The notes under the pieces: generated by a model | The model's database searches: none | What the model was told of the DNA's origin: nothing | The model's input: the letters and a program-made list of their open reading frames with translations, nothing else | Program-made: the position numbers and the translations under genes | Shown: positions 55,911-64,000 of the stretch, piece after piece | How the letters are laid out: the number at the start of each line of letters is the position of its first letter | Position numbering within the stretch: position 1 is the stretch's first letter | Origin: Candidatus Iainarchaeum sp. | GTDB lineage: Archaea > Iainarchaeota > Iainarchaeia > Iainarchaeales > JAXPJC01 | NCBI GenBank assembly: GCA_016187745.1 | Contig: JACPJC010000006.1 | Coordinates: 32,001 to 96,000 of the forward strand | DNA: 64,000 bases | Reading direction: 5' to 3'

Positions 55911-56126
55911 CTATATTGGGAGTTCGGGGGGCGCATCAGAGCTTGCTGCCGTTTCGCTTCCCGGAGTTGGCGGATTTGAAATCTTGCAGTCATTTGCGCA
56001 ATTTTCAACATTCTCGCCCTTGTCGCATGTGCTGTTGTTGTTGCATGCCTGCTCAACGCAGCCGCTGAGCAACAATAGCAAAACCAGCGCAACCCCGAAA
56101 ATTAAAATCGTTTTTTTCATTTTCAT
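55911..56126 (-). CDS. small Cys-rich lipoprotein
   Basis: LLSGC lipobox, CNNNSTCDKGEN..NC..DC. Confidence 0.65.
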   Translation of the reverse strand: MKMKKTILIFGVALVLLLLLSGCVEQACNNNSTCDKGENVENCANDCKISNPPTPGSETAASSDAPPELPI

Positions 56127-59100
56127 TATCCCTCTTTGTTGGTACGTTCAAGTACGCATATGCTTGCCTGGCATTTTGGCTCAGGAGCAAAACAGGTCCA
56201 GTCGTCTGATATTACTGTTGGGCAAAGAGTGTTCCTGCATTTTTCTGATAATAATTCATCCCAATACTCAGAGTATTTTTTATTTATTGCAATATTGCTT
56301 CCCCCTGAGCTGCAGCCGCAGCAGCCACCCTGAACTGAAATGCAGTCGTCATTCTCTTCGCAGGCATAAACATTGGGCTCGGGCTCAGGGTTTTCAGGCT
56401 CTTCGGGCTCATCAGGCATTGGGGGCTCAATCTCTCCTTCCCCGAGAATGCAGGATTCCTCAGCATAAACTGCCATTCCCTTGCCCAGATCGCTTTCGCT
56501 TATTTCCCTTGTAAGCGCCTTTTCCCATTTCCTGCTGTTCGCATTGTAGAAATATGCCGCCTTGAATTCGCAGTTCTCAAAGTCCGTTATTTTCTTTTTC
56601 AGCATATCTGCAAACACAGGGATGAAATTCCAGCCCTTTTCAAGGGGGGCTATAAACTCCAATGGGAATGATTTCCTGACAGTGCCTTCCGGAGAGCAGC
56701 CCTTTCCGGGATTGTAAAGCCAGATTGCCCTTGTAAATGAAGGCTGTGTTACCGGCTCAAACTTGTTTTCGGCAGTGTTGTATTCAAATATGCGCCAGTC
56801 GCTTACCTCGCAGTCAAATGCGCTCTCTCCGTCTATTTCCCCTGGCAAAGAAATGAGGTTCCAGCCCTTGTATATTTCAAGCTTTATCCTCAGGTCCGTG
56901 TTTTTCTCCGTAACAATGAATTCCGCGCTGCTGCCGCCCACTGCAATAACCTTTATCGTGAAATCCCCCACATCAACGCTTTCGCCTGCACCCAATCTGT
57001 AGGTTTCAAATGGCATTGGCGGCATTGAAATTACCTGCATTGCCGCGTGGCCTGTAATGGCTACTGATGTTGCCGCAACTTGGGTTTTCTTTACAGTTGT
57101 TTCGTAAGTTTCCTGCTCAAGGCGCTTTCCTGTTTCTTTTGCGCTTAGGAGGTAATTGCTGACGCTGAATTCAACCTGCGAGTTTGAGGAATTTATCTGC
57201 AGGATATCAATGCGCAAATTCGCTTCCAGGACATTTGCAGCCTGCTGCCCGGAAAGCTTGAAGGGCTCGTTTGTATGGACATTGATTACCGCTTCGGAGC
57301 CTTTTGTAACCAGGAATGCCGCCGCATTCCCTGATGCCTTTGTCAGCTTTATTTCAAGGCCGTAAAGGCTGAGGGTTTCGCCCTCTGTTATTGTGTAAAT
57401 TGCAACAGGCGGCCGGGATGCTGTTGCGCTTTCGGCATCCGATGCGGGCTGCGCAATTGTTTCATATTTCCAGACGCTTATTTTCGCACTGCCTGTCTTG
57501 ACAGCGTGCAGCTTTATGTTCAGCCCTTCCTCAACAACATATGCTGTTTGCTCCACTTTCAAATCAAACTGCTCATTCAGATGAGCAGTTATAATTTCTT
57601 CCCCGCCACTTTTCTTTACAATAAAAACAGCATTCCCGCTTCCTATGTCAAGAAGCCTTATGGAATAATTCCCAAGGGCGCGCTCCTCTCCCTCCCTCAA
57701 GGAAATATACTGCGGCAGCGCCTGAACGCACATCGCATTTTTAGGGCACGAGGGAACCAGCTGAACCATAATCCTTGCAACAGGCCTTGAGTCGCATCTG
57801 ACCATTTCCTTGGATTTGCCTTTTTCTGCTTTTTCTGTTGCGCATAAAATTTCTTCAAGCCCCTGCAGTGTAATATTCATTGCTATGTTCAGCGCTCTCG
57901 CTTCCTGCATCTGCCCATCATAAACATTTGCTGTCTGGTTCACAAACAGGGAGAATTTGTCGTTCAGATATGCTGTTACTTCCTTGCGCTCTTTCCCCCT
58001 CCTTACAATCAGGCTTGCGGAGTCCCTGCCAACATTTGTAAGCGTTATTTCATGGCCGAAAATTTCCTGGACATTCAGCCCCTTCCTCTGGGTATTTAAT
58101 TTTATATAATCTGTTTGTCCATTGGCTTGAGAAACTGAGAATGCTGCAGTTCCACTCTCGGCATCAAGGCCTTCAAGAGTTATTTTTAATTCAGTTTCCT
58201 TTACAAGCGCGGTCTGGTGCAGCTGCAAATTAAATCCGGAATTAAGGCTTACTGTAATCAAATCGGGCTTTTCCGCTTTTTCAACCATAATGCCTGAGAA
58301 ATGCCTTCCCTCAACCGTTGTCCAAAGGCCGGAAAGCGTGATTTTGTAATTTTCAACATATTCATAGCCGCTGAGCTTAATCCTTATTACATGCACACTT
58401 CCTGAGGCAATGCTCACTGTGAGCTGGGCGTATTCTGCCGCTTCACAAGGTGCTTTCACGCAGACAACATCCCCATAAACTACAATGTCATCAACCGTAA
58501 CTTTCATTAATTCCTCCCCGGATTCGCTGAAAACCCTTGCTGTCTGCTTTTCCTCAAGTGTGATATGCTCCCCAAGCCTTGCCTTTACTTCTTCCGGGGT
58601 TGTTTCCTTTGTTATTACAAAGCTCGCCCAATTGTCAGCAGAAATTGCCGTATTTTTTATTTCAACCCCGAAAACATTTGCAGTGCCACCTACACTGAGC
58701 ATAGTGCTTGTCCCTATGCTCCCCTGGGTTATTGAAATCTGCGCTTCAGGATTTGTGCCGGGGCATTTCTCCCCATAACTGCATTTCACAATCGGATAAT
58801 TCACGCTTGTGAGCTGGATTTCAATATTGTCAGATTCAAGGTATGCTTTTTCCCCGGCATTGAGGCTGAATTCCTCTCCTAATTTTACAACTTTCTTTTG
58901 CTCTTCGCTTACCTGCAGAGTAAATGTGTAGGAATTATTCGATTCGTCAGTTTCAGGAATCTGGTTCAGGTAATCCGCATAGATTGTTATCTTATAGGTG
59001 CCTGCCTTTGTGGCATAGCCCGTCAGAGCCGTTCCTGCGGATTGGTTGTGGCTGAGATAGAGTGAAAATTTATTGTCATATATCTGGACAGCGCCTGAGT

Positions 59101-60202
59101 CTGATTTTGCTGAAATCAGGAAAGCCTGCGAAACCGCTGCGCTGCCCTTGTTGATTATTCCCAGGTCTATGGAGAATTTTTCATTTACCTTTACACTTGA
59201 GGGCGCAGCAAGCTTGTAGATTGAAATGTCGGGCAAGCCGCCTGTTGGAACGCATGCGCCGTTGCTGCAGCCGCTTGCGCACGCAATTACATCTCCGCCG
59301 GTTTTTCCCTCAGAGGTGCAGTAAAACTCCATAACATTCGCAGTGTCTGTGCAATAGTCTGTCTGGCTCCTATATTCAACATCAAATGTCCCAGTAACGC
59401 TTCCCTTGATTGCAGTATCTTTCCCGCCATCTGTGTCTATGCATGTTGCCGATGGTGTAAAGCAGCTCCCCGAACCCTCGCAATCGGTGGTGCATATATT
59501 CCCTGAGCAGGATGAAGGAAGGCATTTCCTTGTACACGTTGAAGGGCAATTGCTATAGCGGTAGTCCTCACATCTCAACAGACTTGTTAATTTCATCGTT
59601 ATTATTACTGCGCTCCCTGAATTTGCATAAACCTTGAACAATTCTGTTTTTGCTGCGCTGTATTTGCTGCCTGGGTCTTCAGCATAAATGTAATATGTGC
59701 CGGCTGGAACTGAAGAAAACACAGAATAGCCGCTTTCCGTGCTTTGCGTTTTGACTAAAGTAATGGCGGAAGTTAAAGAGCCCGAATCGGAATAAAGCGT
59801 CAGGTTTATTTTTGCCATCAGCTGGCTGCCGTGCTCATCATAAAGCGTTAGGGAAATTTCCCCTGTTTCTATTTCGGGAATGGAAAGGCATGCGCCGGCG
59901 TTGCAGCCGTTCGGGCATTGAAGATTGCGCCCGTAGCAGCTGTTTGAGGAATTGCAGAGCTGCTCCTCAACATATGTGTTGTTTTCAGTGCATGTGTCAT
60001 AAGTCGGCCCGTAAACTACCCCGAGGGAATCAACATACTTGCAGCTTCCCGCAGTGTAAAGGTATTCGCCGCCGTCGGAGTCATTACACGTAACAATGCT
60101 CGCATTGGAATCCGCAGCGCTTGCGAGGTTGCTTAAAAGGAGCGTAAATGCAAATATCAGCACAAATCCCGCGCAAATCCGGGCAATTCTTTTTTCATGC
60201 AT
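56126..60202 (-). CDS. large secreted modular surface protein (Cys modules, CARDB-like domain, beta-rich repeats)
   Basis: Signal peptide, CxDSDGG modules, PETDESNN, repeated (L/F)..E.F.L units, KGWNLIS repeats, C-terminal Cys-rich domain. Confidence 0.8.
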   Translation of the reverse strand: MHEKRIARICAGFVLIFAFTLLLSNLASAADSNASIVTCNDSDGGEYLYTAGSCKYVDSLGVVYGPTYDTCTENNTYVEEQLCNSSNSCYGRNLQCPNGCNAGACLSIPEIETGEISLTLYDEHGSQLMAKINLTLYSDSGSLTSAITLVKTQSTESGYSVFSSVPAGTYYIYAEDPGSKYSAAKTELFKVYANSGSAVIITMKLTSLLRCEDYRYSNCPSTCTRKCLPSSCSGNICTTDCEGSGSCFTPSATCIDTDGGKDTAIKGSVTGTFDVEYRSQTDYCTDTANVMEFYCTSEGKTGGDVIACASGCSNGACVPTGGLPDISIYKLAAPSSVKVNEKFSIDLGIINKGSAAVSQAFLISAKSDSGAVQIYDNKFSLYLSHNQSAGTALTGYATKAGTYKITIYADYLNQIPETDESNNSYTFTLQVSEEQKKVVKLGEEFSLNAGEKAYLESDNIEIQLTSVNYPIVKCSYGEKCPGTNPEAQISITQGSIGTSTMLSVGGTANVFGVEIKNTAISADNWASFVITKETTPEEVKARLGEHITLEEKQTARVFSESGEELMKVTVDDIVVYGDVVCVKAPCEAAEYAQLTVSIASGSVHVIRIKLSGYEYVENYKITLSGLWTTVEGRHFSGIMVEKAEKPDLITVSLNSGFNLQLHQTALVKETELKITLEGLDAESGTAAFSVSQANGQTDYIKLNTQRKGLNVQEIFGHEITLTNVGRDSASLIVRRGKERKEVTAYLNDKFSLFVNQTANVYDGQMQEARALNIAMNITLQGLEEILCATEKAEKGKSKEMVRCDSRPVARIMVQLVPSCPKNAMCVQALPQYISLREGEERALGNYSIRLLDIGSGNAVFIVKKSGGEEIITAHLNEQFDLKVEQTAYVVEEGLNIKLHAVKTGSAKISVWKYETIAQPASDAESATASRPPVAIYTITEGETLSLYGLEIKLTKASGNAAAFLVTKGSEAVINVHTNEPFKLSGQQAANVLEANLRIDILQINSSNSQVEFSVSNYLLSAKETGKRLEQETYETTVKKTQVAATSVAITGHAAMQVISMPPMPFETYRLGAGESVDVGDFTIKVIAVGGSSAEFIVTEKNTDLRIKLEIYKGWNLISLPGEIDGESAFDCEVSDWRIFEYNTAENKFEPVTQPSFTRAIWLYNPGKGCSPEGTVRKSFPLEFIAPLEKGWNFIPVFADMLKKKITDFENCEFKAAYFYNANSRKWEKALTREISESDLGKGMAVYAEESCILGEGEIEPPMPDEPEEPENPEPEPNVYACEENDDCISVQGGCCGCSSGGSNIAINKKYSEYWDELLSEKCRNTLCPTVISDDWTCFAPEPKCQASICVLERTNKEG

Positions 60203-60370
60203 TTCCTTTTCGCCTGCTTCTTATTTGCTGTATAATTTGCTATATATATTCATTTATTTATAAGCATTGCTGTTTTGGTGTTTCCAGCGTATTTATCATG
60301 CATCTCGCTTTATTTAAGGGTTTGGATTTTGTTAGGCAGGCGGCTAAAATGCCGGTGCTGCCTGCAAATG

Positions 60371-60676
60371 TCAATTTCTTCCTGAATGCATCCTGTGGGA
60401 ATGCGCCCTGTGCCTCGAGAGCCCGCCTATGCGGTGGAAGCCGAACTTCCTATGATGAAACTTATGGGTCATTAATTGTTCCGGGCCTTGCGTTTCGGCA
60501 GGCGCAAGCTCTTCATTTTCCGGGTTATCTTGCAGGTCTGCGGCCTTTTTGTGCGCCCTTAGGGCATACCAAATAAAAAAGGCGATTCCCGCTACGATTA
60601 CCAATATGACTACAACAGCCAGAATGATGCCTGTGAAAAAAAGCCCCGAGGCATCCGCACCCGAGAATGCTGCCAT
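60371..60676 (-). CDS. single-TM hypothetical protein with His/Arg-rich tail
   Basis: 101-aa ORF with TM helix. Confidence 0.55.
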   Translation of the reverse strand: MAAFSGADASGLFFTGIILAVVVILVIVAGIAFFIWYALRAHKKAADLQDNPENEELAPAETQGPEQLMTHKFHHRKFGFHRIGGLSRHRAHSHRMHSGRN

Positions 60677-60790
60677 AATCTAACTGTAGCTGCTTTCATC
60701 TATATAAAACTTCCTTTGAAATGGAATTGCATATCGGCTTATGCGTTCGTAAGTGTTAAATATCTGTTTGCTGAACATTCTACTGAAAAC

Positions 60791-61393
60791 ATGGGAAAGA
60801 AACTTGGCGCGCTTCTGCTTATTGCCATAATTGCTGTTATTGCGTATTTTGCCTTCGGAAAGGATATTTTCGGGAATATTTTCGGGAATTCATTTGAGGG
60901 CGGGCTTGCGCAAATTGGGGGGGTTGATGGGAAATTCGGGATTGAAGAAAACATGCTGATGCCCGCAAATGCAAATGAAACCGCAAATTACATTTCTGAA
61001 CTGGATTCCTTAAAAGCGCAGTTTGAAAATGCCCCTGAAAGCAGGGAGAAGAGCGCTTTGCTTCTGCTTATTGGAAGCAGGATTTATGCTGCAGATGCGC
61101 AGAAAAGCATGATTGACGGGGTGGAGGCATACAGGCGCATAAGCAAAGTGAAATACGAGTGCGGGGAGGGGGAAACCGCAGGTGTTGCGAAAATAGATTT
61201 CGGTAAGGCTGCTGAAAATGCTGAAAGGGCGCTGAGCCTGCGCGGAACTTTCATTGAGAATTATCCTGATTTTGCTGAAACCGCAGGGATAGGTTCAACC
61301 GATATAAGCGGGCTTGCGCTTAAGGCTATTGCGGAAAGCGCGGGGGAACTTGTTAAAAATATTGAGGCATACTGTAGCATACAGAATGCATGA
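60791..61393 (+). CDS. secreted or membrane-anchored hypothetical protein
   Basis: MGKKLGALLLIAIIAVIAYF N-terminal anchor; overlaps the bud32 start. Confidence 0.65.
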   Translation: MGKKLGALLLIAIIAVIAYFAFGKDIFGNIFGNSFEGGLAQIGGVDGKFGIEENMLMPANANETANYISELDSLKAQFENAPESREKSALLLLIGSRIYAADAQKSMIDGVEAYRRISKVKYECGEGETAGVAKIDFGKAAENAERALSLRGTFIENYPDFAETAGIGSTDISGLALKAIAESAGELVKNIEAYCSIQNA

Positions 61394-62000
61394 GAAAATT
61401 CTTTTGCGGCAGGGCGCTGAGGCAAACCTTTACAAATCTGAATACTTGGGAAAGGAAGCGCTCATAAAGGAAAGGATTCCGAAGGATTACAGGAACGCGG
61501 AGCTTGATTCTGAAATAAGGAAAAGGCGCACTAAGGAGGAGGCGCAGCTCCTGTACAATGCGAAGGCGCTCGGGGTAAGAACCCCTTTAATATATAAGAT
61601 TGATTTGAGCGGAGCGACTATAATAATGGAATTTATTGAGGGAAAAAGAATGAAGGATGCGCTTAACGGGAAGAACCTGAATTTATGCAAATTGCTGGGA
61701 AATAAAATCGGGATTCTGCATTCAAACGGGATTGTGCACGGGGATTTAACTACAAGCAATATTATTATACATAACAATGCGCCGGTTTTCATTGATTTCG
61801 GCTTGGGATTCCATTCGCGCAAGACTGAGGACTTTGCAGTGGATTTGCTGAATTTCAGGAAAACATACAATGCGACGCACTACAAACTGGGGAAGGGATG
61901 GAATTTAATCGTGAGGGGCTATATTGAACGGAGAGGAAACGCAGGAAAAGAAGTTGTGGGGAGGATTCCAAAAATTGAGGAGAGGGGTAGGTATTTATAG
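61386..62000 (+). CDS. bud32: KEOPS complex kinase/ATPase Bud32
   Basis: QGAEA, KERIPK.YR...LD, HGDLTTSN, IDFGL, AVDL, RGRY. Confidence 0.95.
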   Translation: MHEKILLRQGAEANLYKSEYLGKEALIKERIPKDYRNAELDSEIRKRRTKEEAQLLYNAKALGVRTPLIYKIDLSGATIIMEFIEGKRMKDALNGKNLNLCKLLGNKIGILHSNGIVHGDLTTSNIIIHNNAPVFIDFGLGFHSRKTEDFAVDLLNFRKTYNATHYKLGKGWNLIVRGYIERRGNAGKEVVGRIPKIEERGRYL

Positions 62001-62028
62001 AAGTAATTTGCATATATGTGTGAAAAAT

Positions 62029-63705
62029 ATGGACAAGCCGGCGCTTTTAATTGTTTTAATAATGCTCATTGCCGCGCTGGTTCTGCTGAGCGGCTGCGTT
62101 ACATATGACAAATGCGATTTGAACAAGGACGGGAAGGTAAGCGAGATTGAAAAGCAGGACTGCGCCCGGGGGGACGGAAACACCAGCAGAAAGTGCGGGG
62201 ACGGAGTATGCGGGCCTGTTGAGAAGCAGAAGGGAACATGCCCGCAGGACTGCGAACAGGACGGCAATAACGGCGGTAGCGTGGGCAAATGCGGGGACGG
62301 GATTTGCGGGGCAATGGAAGAGCAGAAGGGAACATGCCCGGAAGATTGCAATAACGGCCAGCCCGACCAGAATATTTCGCCAAGGGAAAAGGAAAGGGCG
62401 TCAATATCGGTAGATTTTTCTTCGGACAATGGAAGAATCAGCGATTACCTTTTCGGCACTATTGCGGGCCCGATATTTGATGAAAGGGCGTTTCCACTTC
62501 TTCAGGAGGCCGGCTTCAGGCTTGTTGAGATAAGGGTGAATATTGCAATGCCTGAAAACCCCGGAGACATTTCAGGTTATGATTTCTCCCAGCTGGACAG
62601 CCAGGTAAATTCAACAATTTCAATAGGCGCTACACCAATTATTTGGTTCATTCAGGAATCAAAGCCTGATCTGGAGAATTACAAGGCCTATGTGGAAACA
62701 GTTGTTTCGCATGCAAAAGGGCTGAGCCGGGATGTGAAGCTTTTCAGGTTCGGAAACGAGCCTGATGGCGGGATGTATTGGAAGGGAACTGAGCAGGATT
62801 ATTTCGAAACATATGCCGCATTTGCGGAGGCAGTAAAGTCTGTTGACAATTCAAACATCCTTATCGCGCCTTCGGTTATGCATGCCTGCGAGGCGGATTG
62901 CCCCGGCATTCTGGATTTTTCGCGGAATTTCCTTGATTACCTGAAAGAGAACAATGTGAAGCTTGATTATTTCACTTTTCATGCCTATTCCTATGTCCCC
63001 TATTCAAGGTTCTATCTCCAGCCGTCAAAAATTTCTGAACTCCTGAAAAGCTATCCTGTTTCCGATGTTTATGGGGCCCCGAGGCTCGGCAATGATGAGT
63101 GGAACCTGATGGTCGGGGACACATGGTCTGGAAAATACAATTCTGTTTTTGACACTGCGGAGGTTGCCGCAAGCAACATAAACAGCCTGATAAGCATGGC
63201 AAATGCGGGAGTTTCGCTTTCAGTGAGGTATGGCGGCGCCTCAAACAGCGGGGGGCATGATTTCCCTTTAACAGATAAAAATTACAAAGGAAAGCCCTCA
63301 TTTTATGCGTTTAAGGGGTTCGGCATGCTCTATGGCCATTATCTTTTGGACAGCACCGGCGGGGACAGCTTCAATCTGGGCGTTATTGCAGGGAAGTCAG
63401 ATGATGAGTTAATCATAATAATATCAAATTTTGACATAGAGGATTATATCAACAAGCATCAGCCGAAGAAACGCGACGAATATGAGAATTATTCATCGCA
63501 AATCAGGGCCTATGACGGCTATTTGCTGGCAATAACCGGCATCCCCTGGGCAGGAAGCCTTGCTTTTGAGAGATATCTGGTTGATGATTCGCACAAACTT
63601 GAGCTTGTTGAAAGCAGGACGATTAATGCTGCAGCCGCGCTGGCATTTGAGAACCCCATATCCGCCCCCTCGCTCCAAATAATAAAGATTAGCAGGCAAG
63701 CCTAA
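62029..63705 (+). CDS. lipoprotein with EF-hand-like loop, CGDG Cys repeats and GH39-like (clan GH-A) domain
   Basis: LSGC lipobox, DLNKDGKVSEIE, two CGDG.C repeats, GNEPD, FHAY, DEWN, KPSFYAF. Confidence 0.75.
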   Translation: MDKPALLIVLIMLIAALVLLSGCVTYDKCDLNKDGKVSEIEKQDCARGDGNTSRKCGDGVCGPVEKQKGTCPQDCEQDGNNGGSVGKCGDGICGAMEEQKGTCPEDCNNGQPDQNISPREKERASISVDFSSDNGRISDYLFGTIAGPIFDERAFPLLQEAGFRLVEIRVNIAMPENPGDISGYDFSQLDSQVNSTISIGATPIIWFIQESKPDLENYKAYVETVVSHAKGLSRDVKLFRFGNEPDGGMYWKGTEQDYFETYAAFAEAVKSVDNSNILIAPSVMHACEADCPGILDFSRNFLDYLKENNVKLDYFTFHAYSYVPYSRFYLQPSKISELLKSYPVSDVYGAPRLGNDEWNLMVGDTWSGKYNSVFDTAEVAASNINSLISMANAGVSLSVRYGGASNSGGHDFPLTDKNYKGKPSFYAFKGFGMLYGHYLLDSTGGDSFNLGVIAGKSDDELIIIISNFDIEDYINKHQPKKRDEYENYSSQIRAYDGYLLAITGIPWAGSLAFERYLVDDSHKLELVESRTINAAAALAFENPISAPSLQIIKISRQA

Positions 63706-63772
63706 CCTATATAAACCTTTTTGCGCAAGGGTTATTATAAGCAAATTTTATATTTTGCTTTTTTGTTTCGGC

Positions 63773-64000
63773 ATGAGCAAAAAGGCGTTGTTGCGCATTG
63801 CACAATTGTGGTGAAATCTTTGGCTAAAAAGAAGGAACTCATTGAGGAGAAGGCTGAAAAGAAGAGCGGAGCAAAGGGCGCGAAGAAAGAGGAAAGGGCC
63901 CATGAAAAGCCGAAAAAAGCGGAAAAGCCGGAGCCAAAGGCGAAAGTCAGGGCTGTGCCGAAAACAGAGGCGCAGGAGAAGAGGGATGCGCTTAAGAGGG
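63773..64000 (+). CDS. 3'-partial ORF with K/E-rich N-terminus, product not assignable
   Basis: Open frame from an ATG near 63773 (or TTG near 63820) to the window end; TATA-like sequence upstream. Confidence 0.45.

Noticed and set aside
53328-59445. Diversity-generating retroelement TR/VR pair
   Set aside because: Mismatches between the two copies are not confined to adenines of one copy, both copies are inside coding sequence, and no reverse transcriptase is in the window.
60865-60889. 12-bp tandem repeat tattttcgggaa
   Set aside because: Two in-frame copies in a linker (IFGNIFGN); ordinary slippage.

Overview
Archaeal chromosomal window. Gene content and protein style suggest a DPANN archaeon, probably Iainarchaeota/Diapherotrites (inference). 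The core (about 9.4-43.9 kb) is the ribosomal-protein superoperon from L3 through secY, rpoD, tRNA-Leu, S2 and MEMO1, followed by gltX, L7Ae-S28e-L24e-ndk, aIF5B, S6e, aIF2-gamma, rpoE, spt4, S24e and S27ae. It is flanked by rpiB, rtcB, a RelBE toxin-antitoxin pair, t6A genes (tsaC/sua5, kae1, bud32), bacterial-type coaD/coaE, a CBS-HPF hibernation-factor-like gene, a solo Cas4-like nuclease, regulators and several large secreted or surface proteins. No rRNA, CRISPR array, transposase, integrase or reverse transcriptase is visible. Most notable observations: (1) a secreted Ig-like protein carries about 36 D-x-N motifs at positions where N-x-S/T sequons would be expected, suggesting an undescribed modification signal; (2) at least three families of 30-60 nt hairpin micro-elements are dispersed in both orientations, some inside ribosomal-protein genes, and several are bracketed by 16-29 bp duplications of the upstream gene's 3' end; (3) the TA module is bracketed by a 37-bp duplication of the rtcB 3' end; (4) tRNA-Leu(UAA) has two introns with mutually exclusive BHB motifs; (5) the L7Ae leader contains a K-loop; (6) an apparent deletion at spt4/S24e coincides with bacterial-type CoA genes nearby. 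Product calls come from motif recognition by eye, not from database searches.
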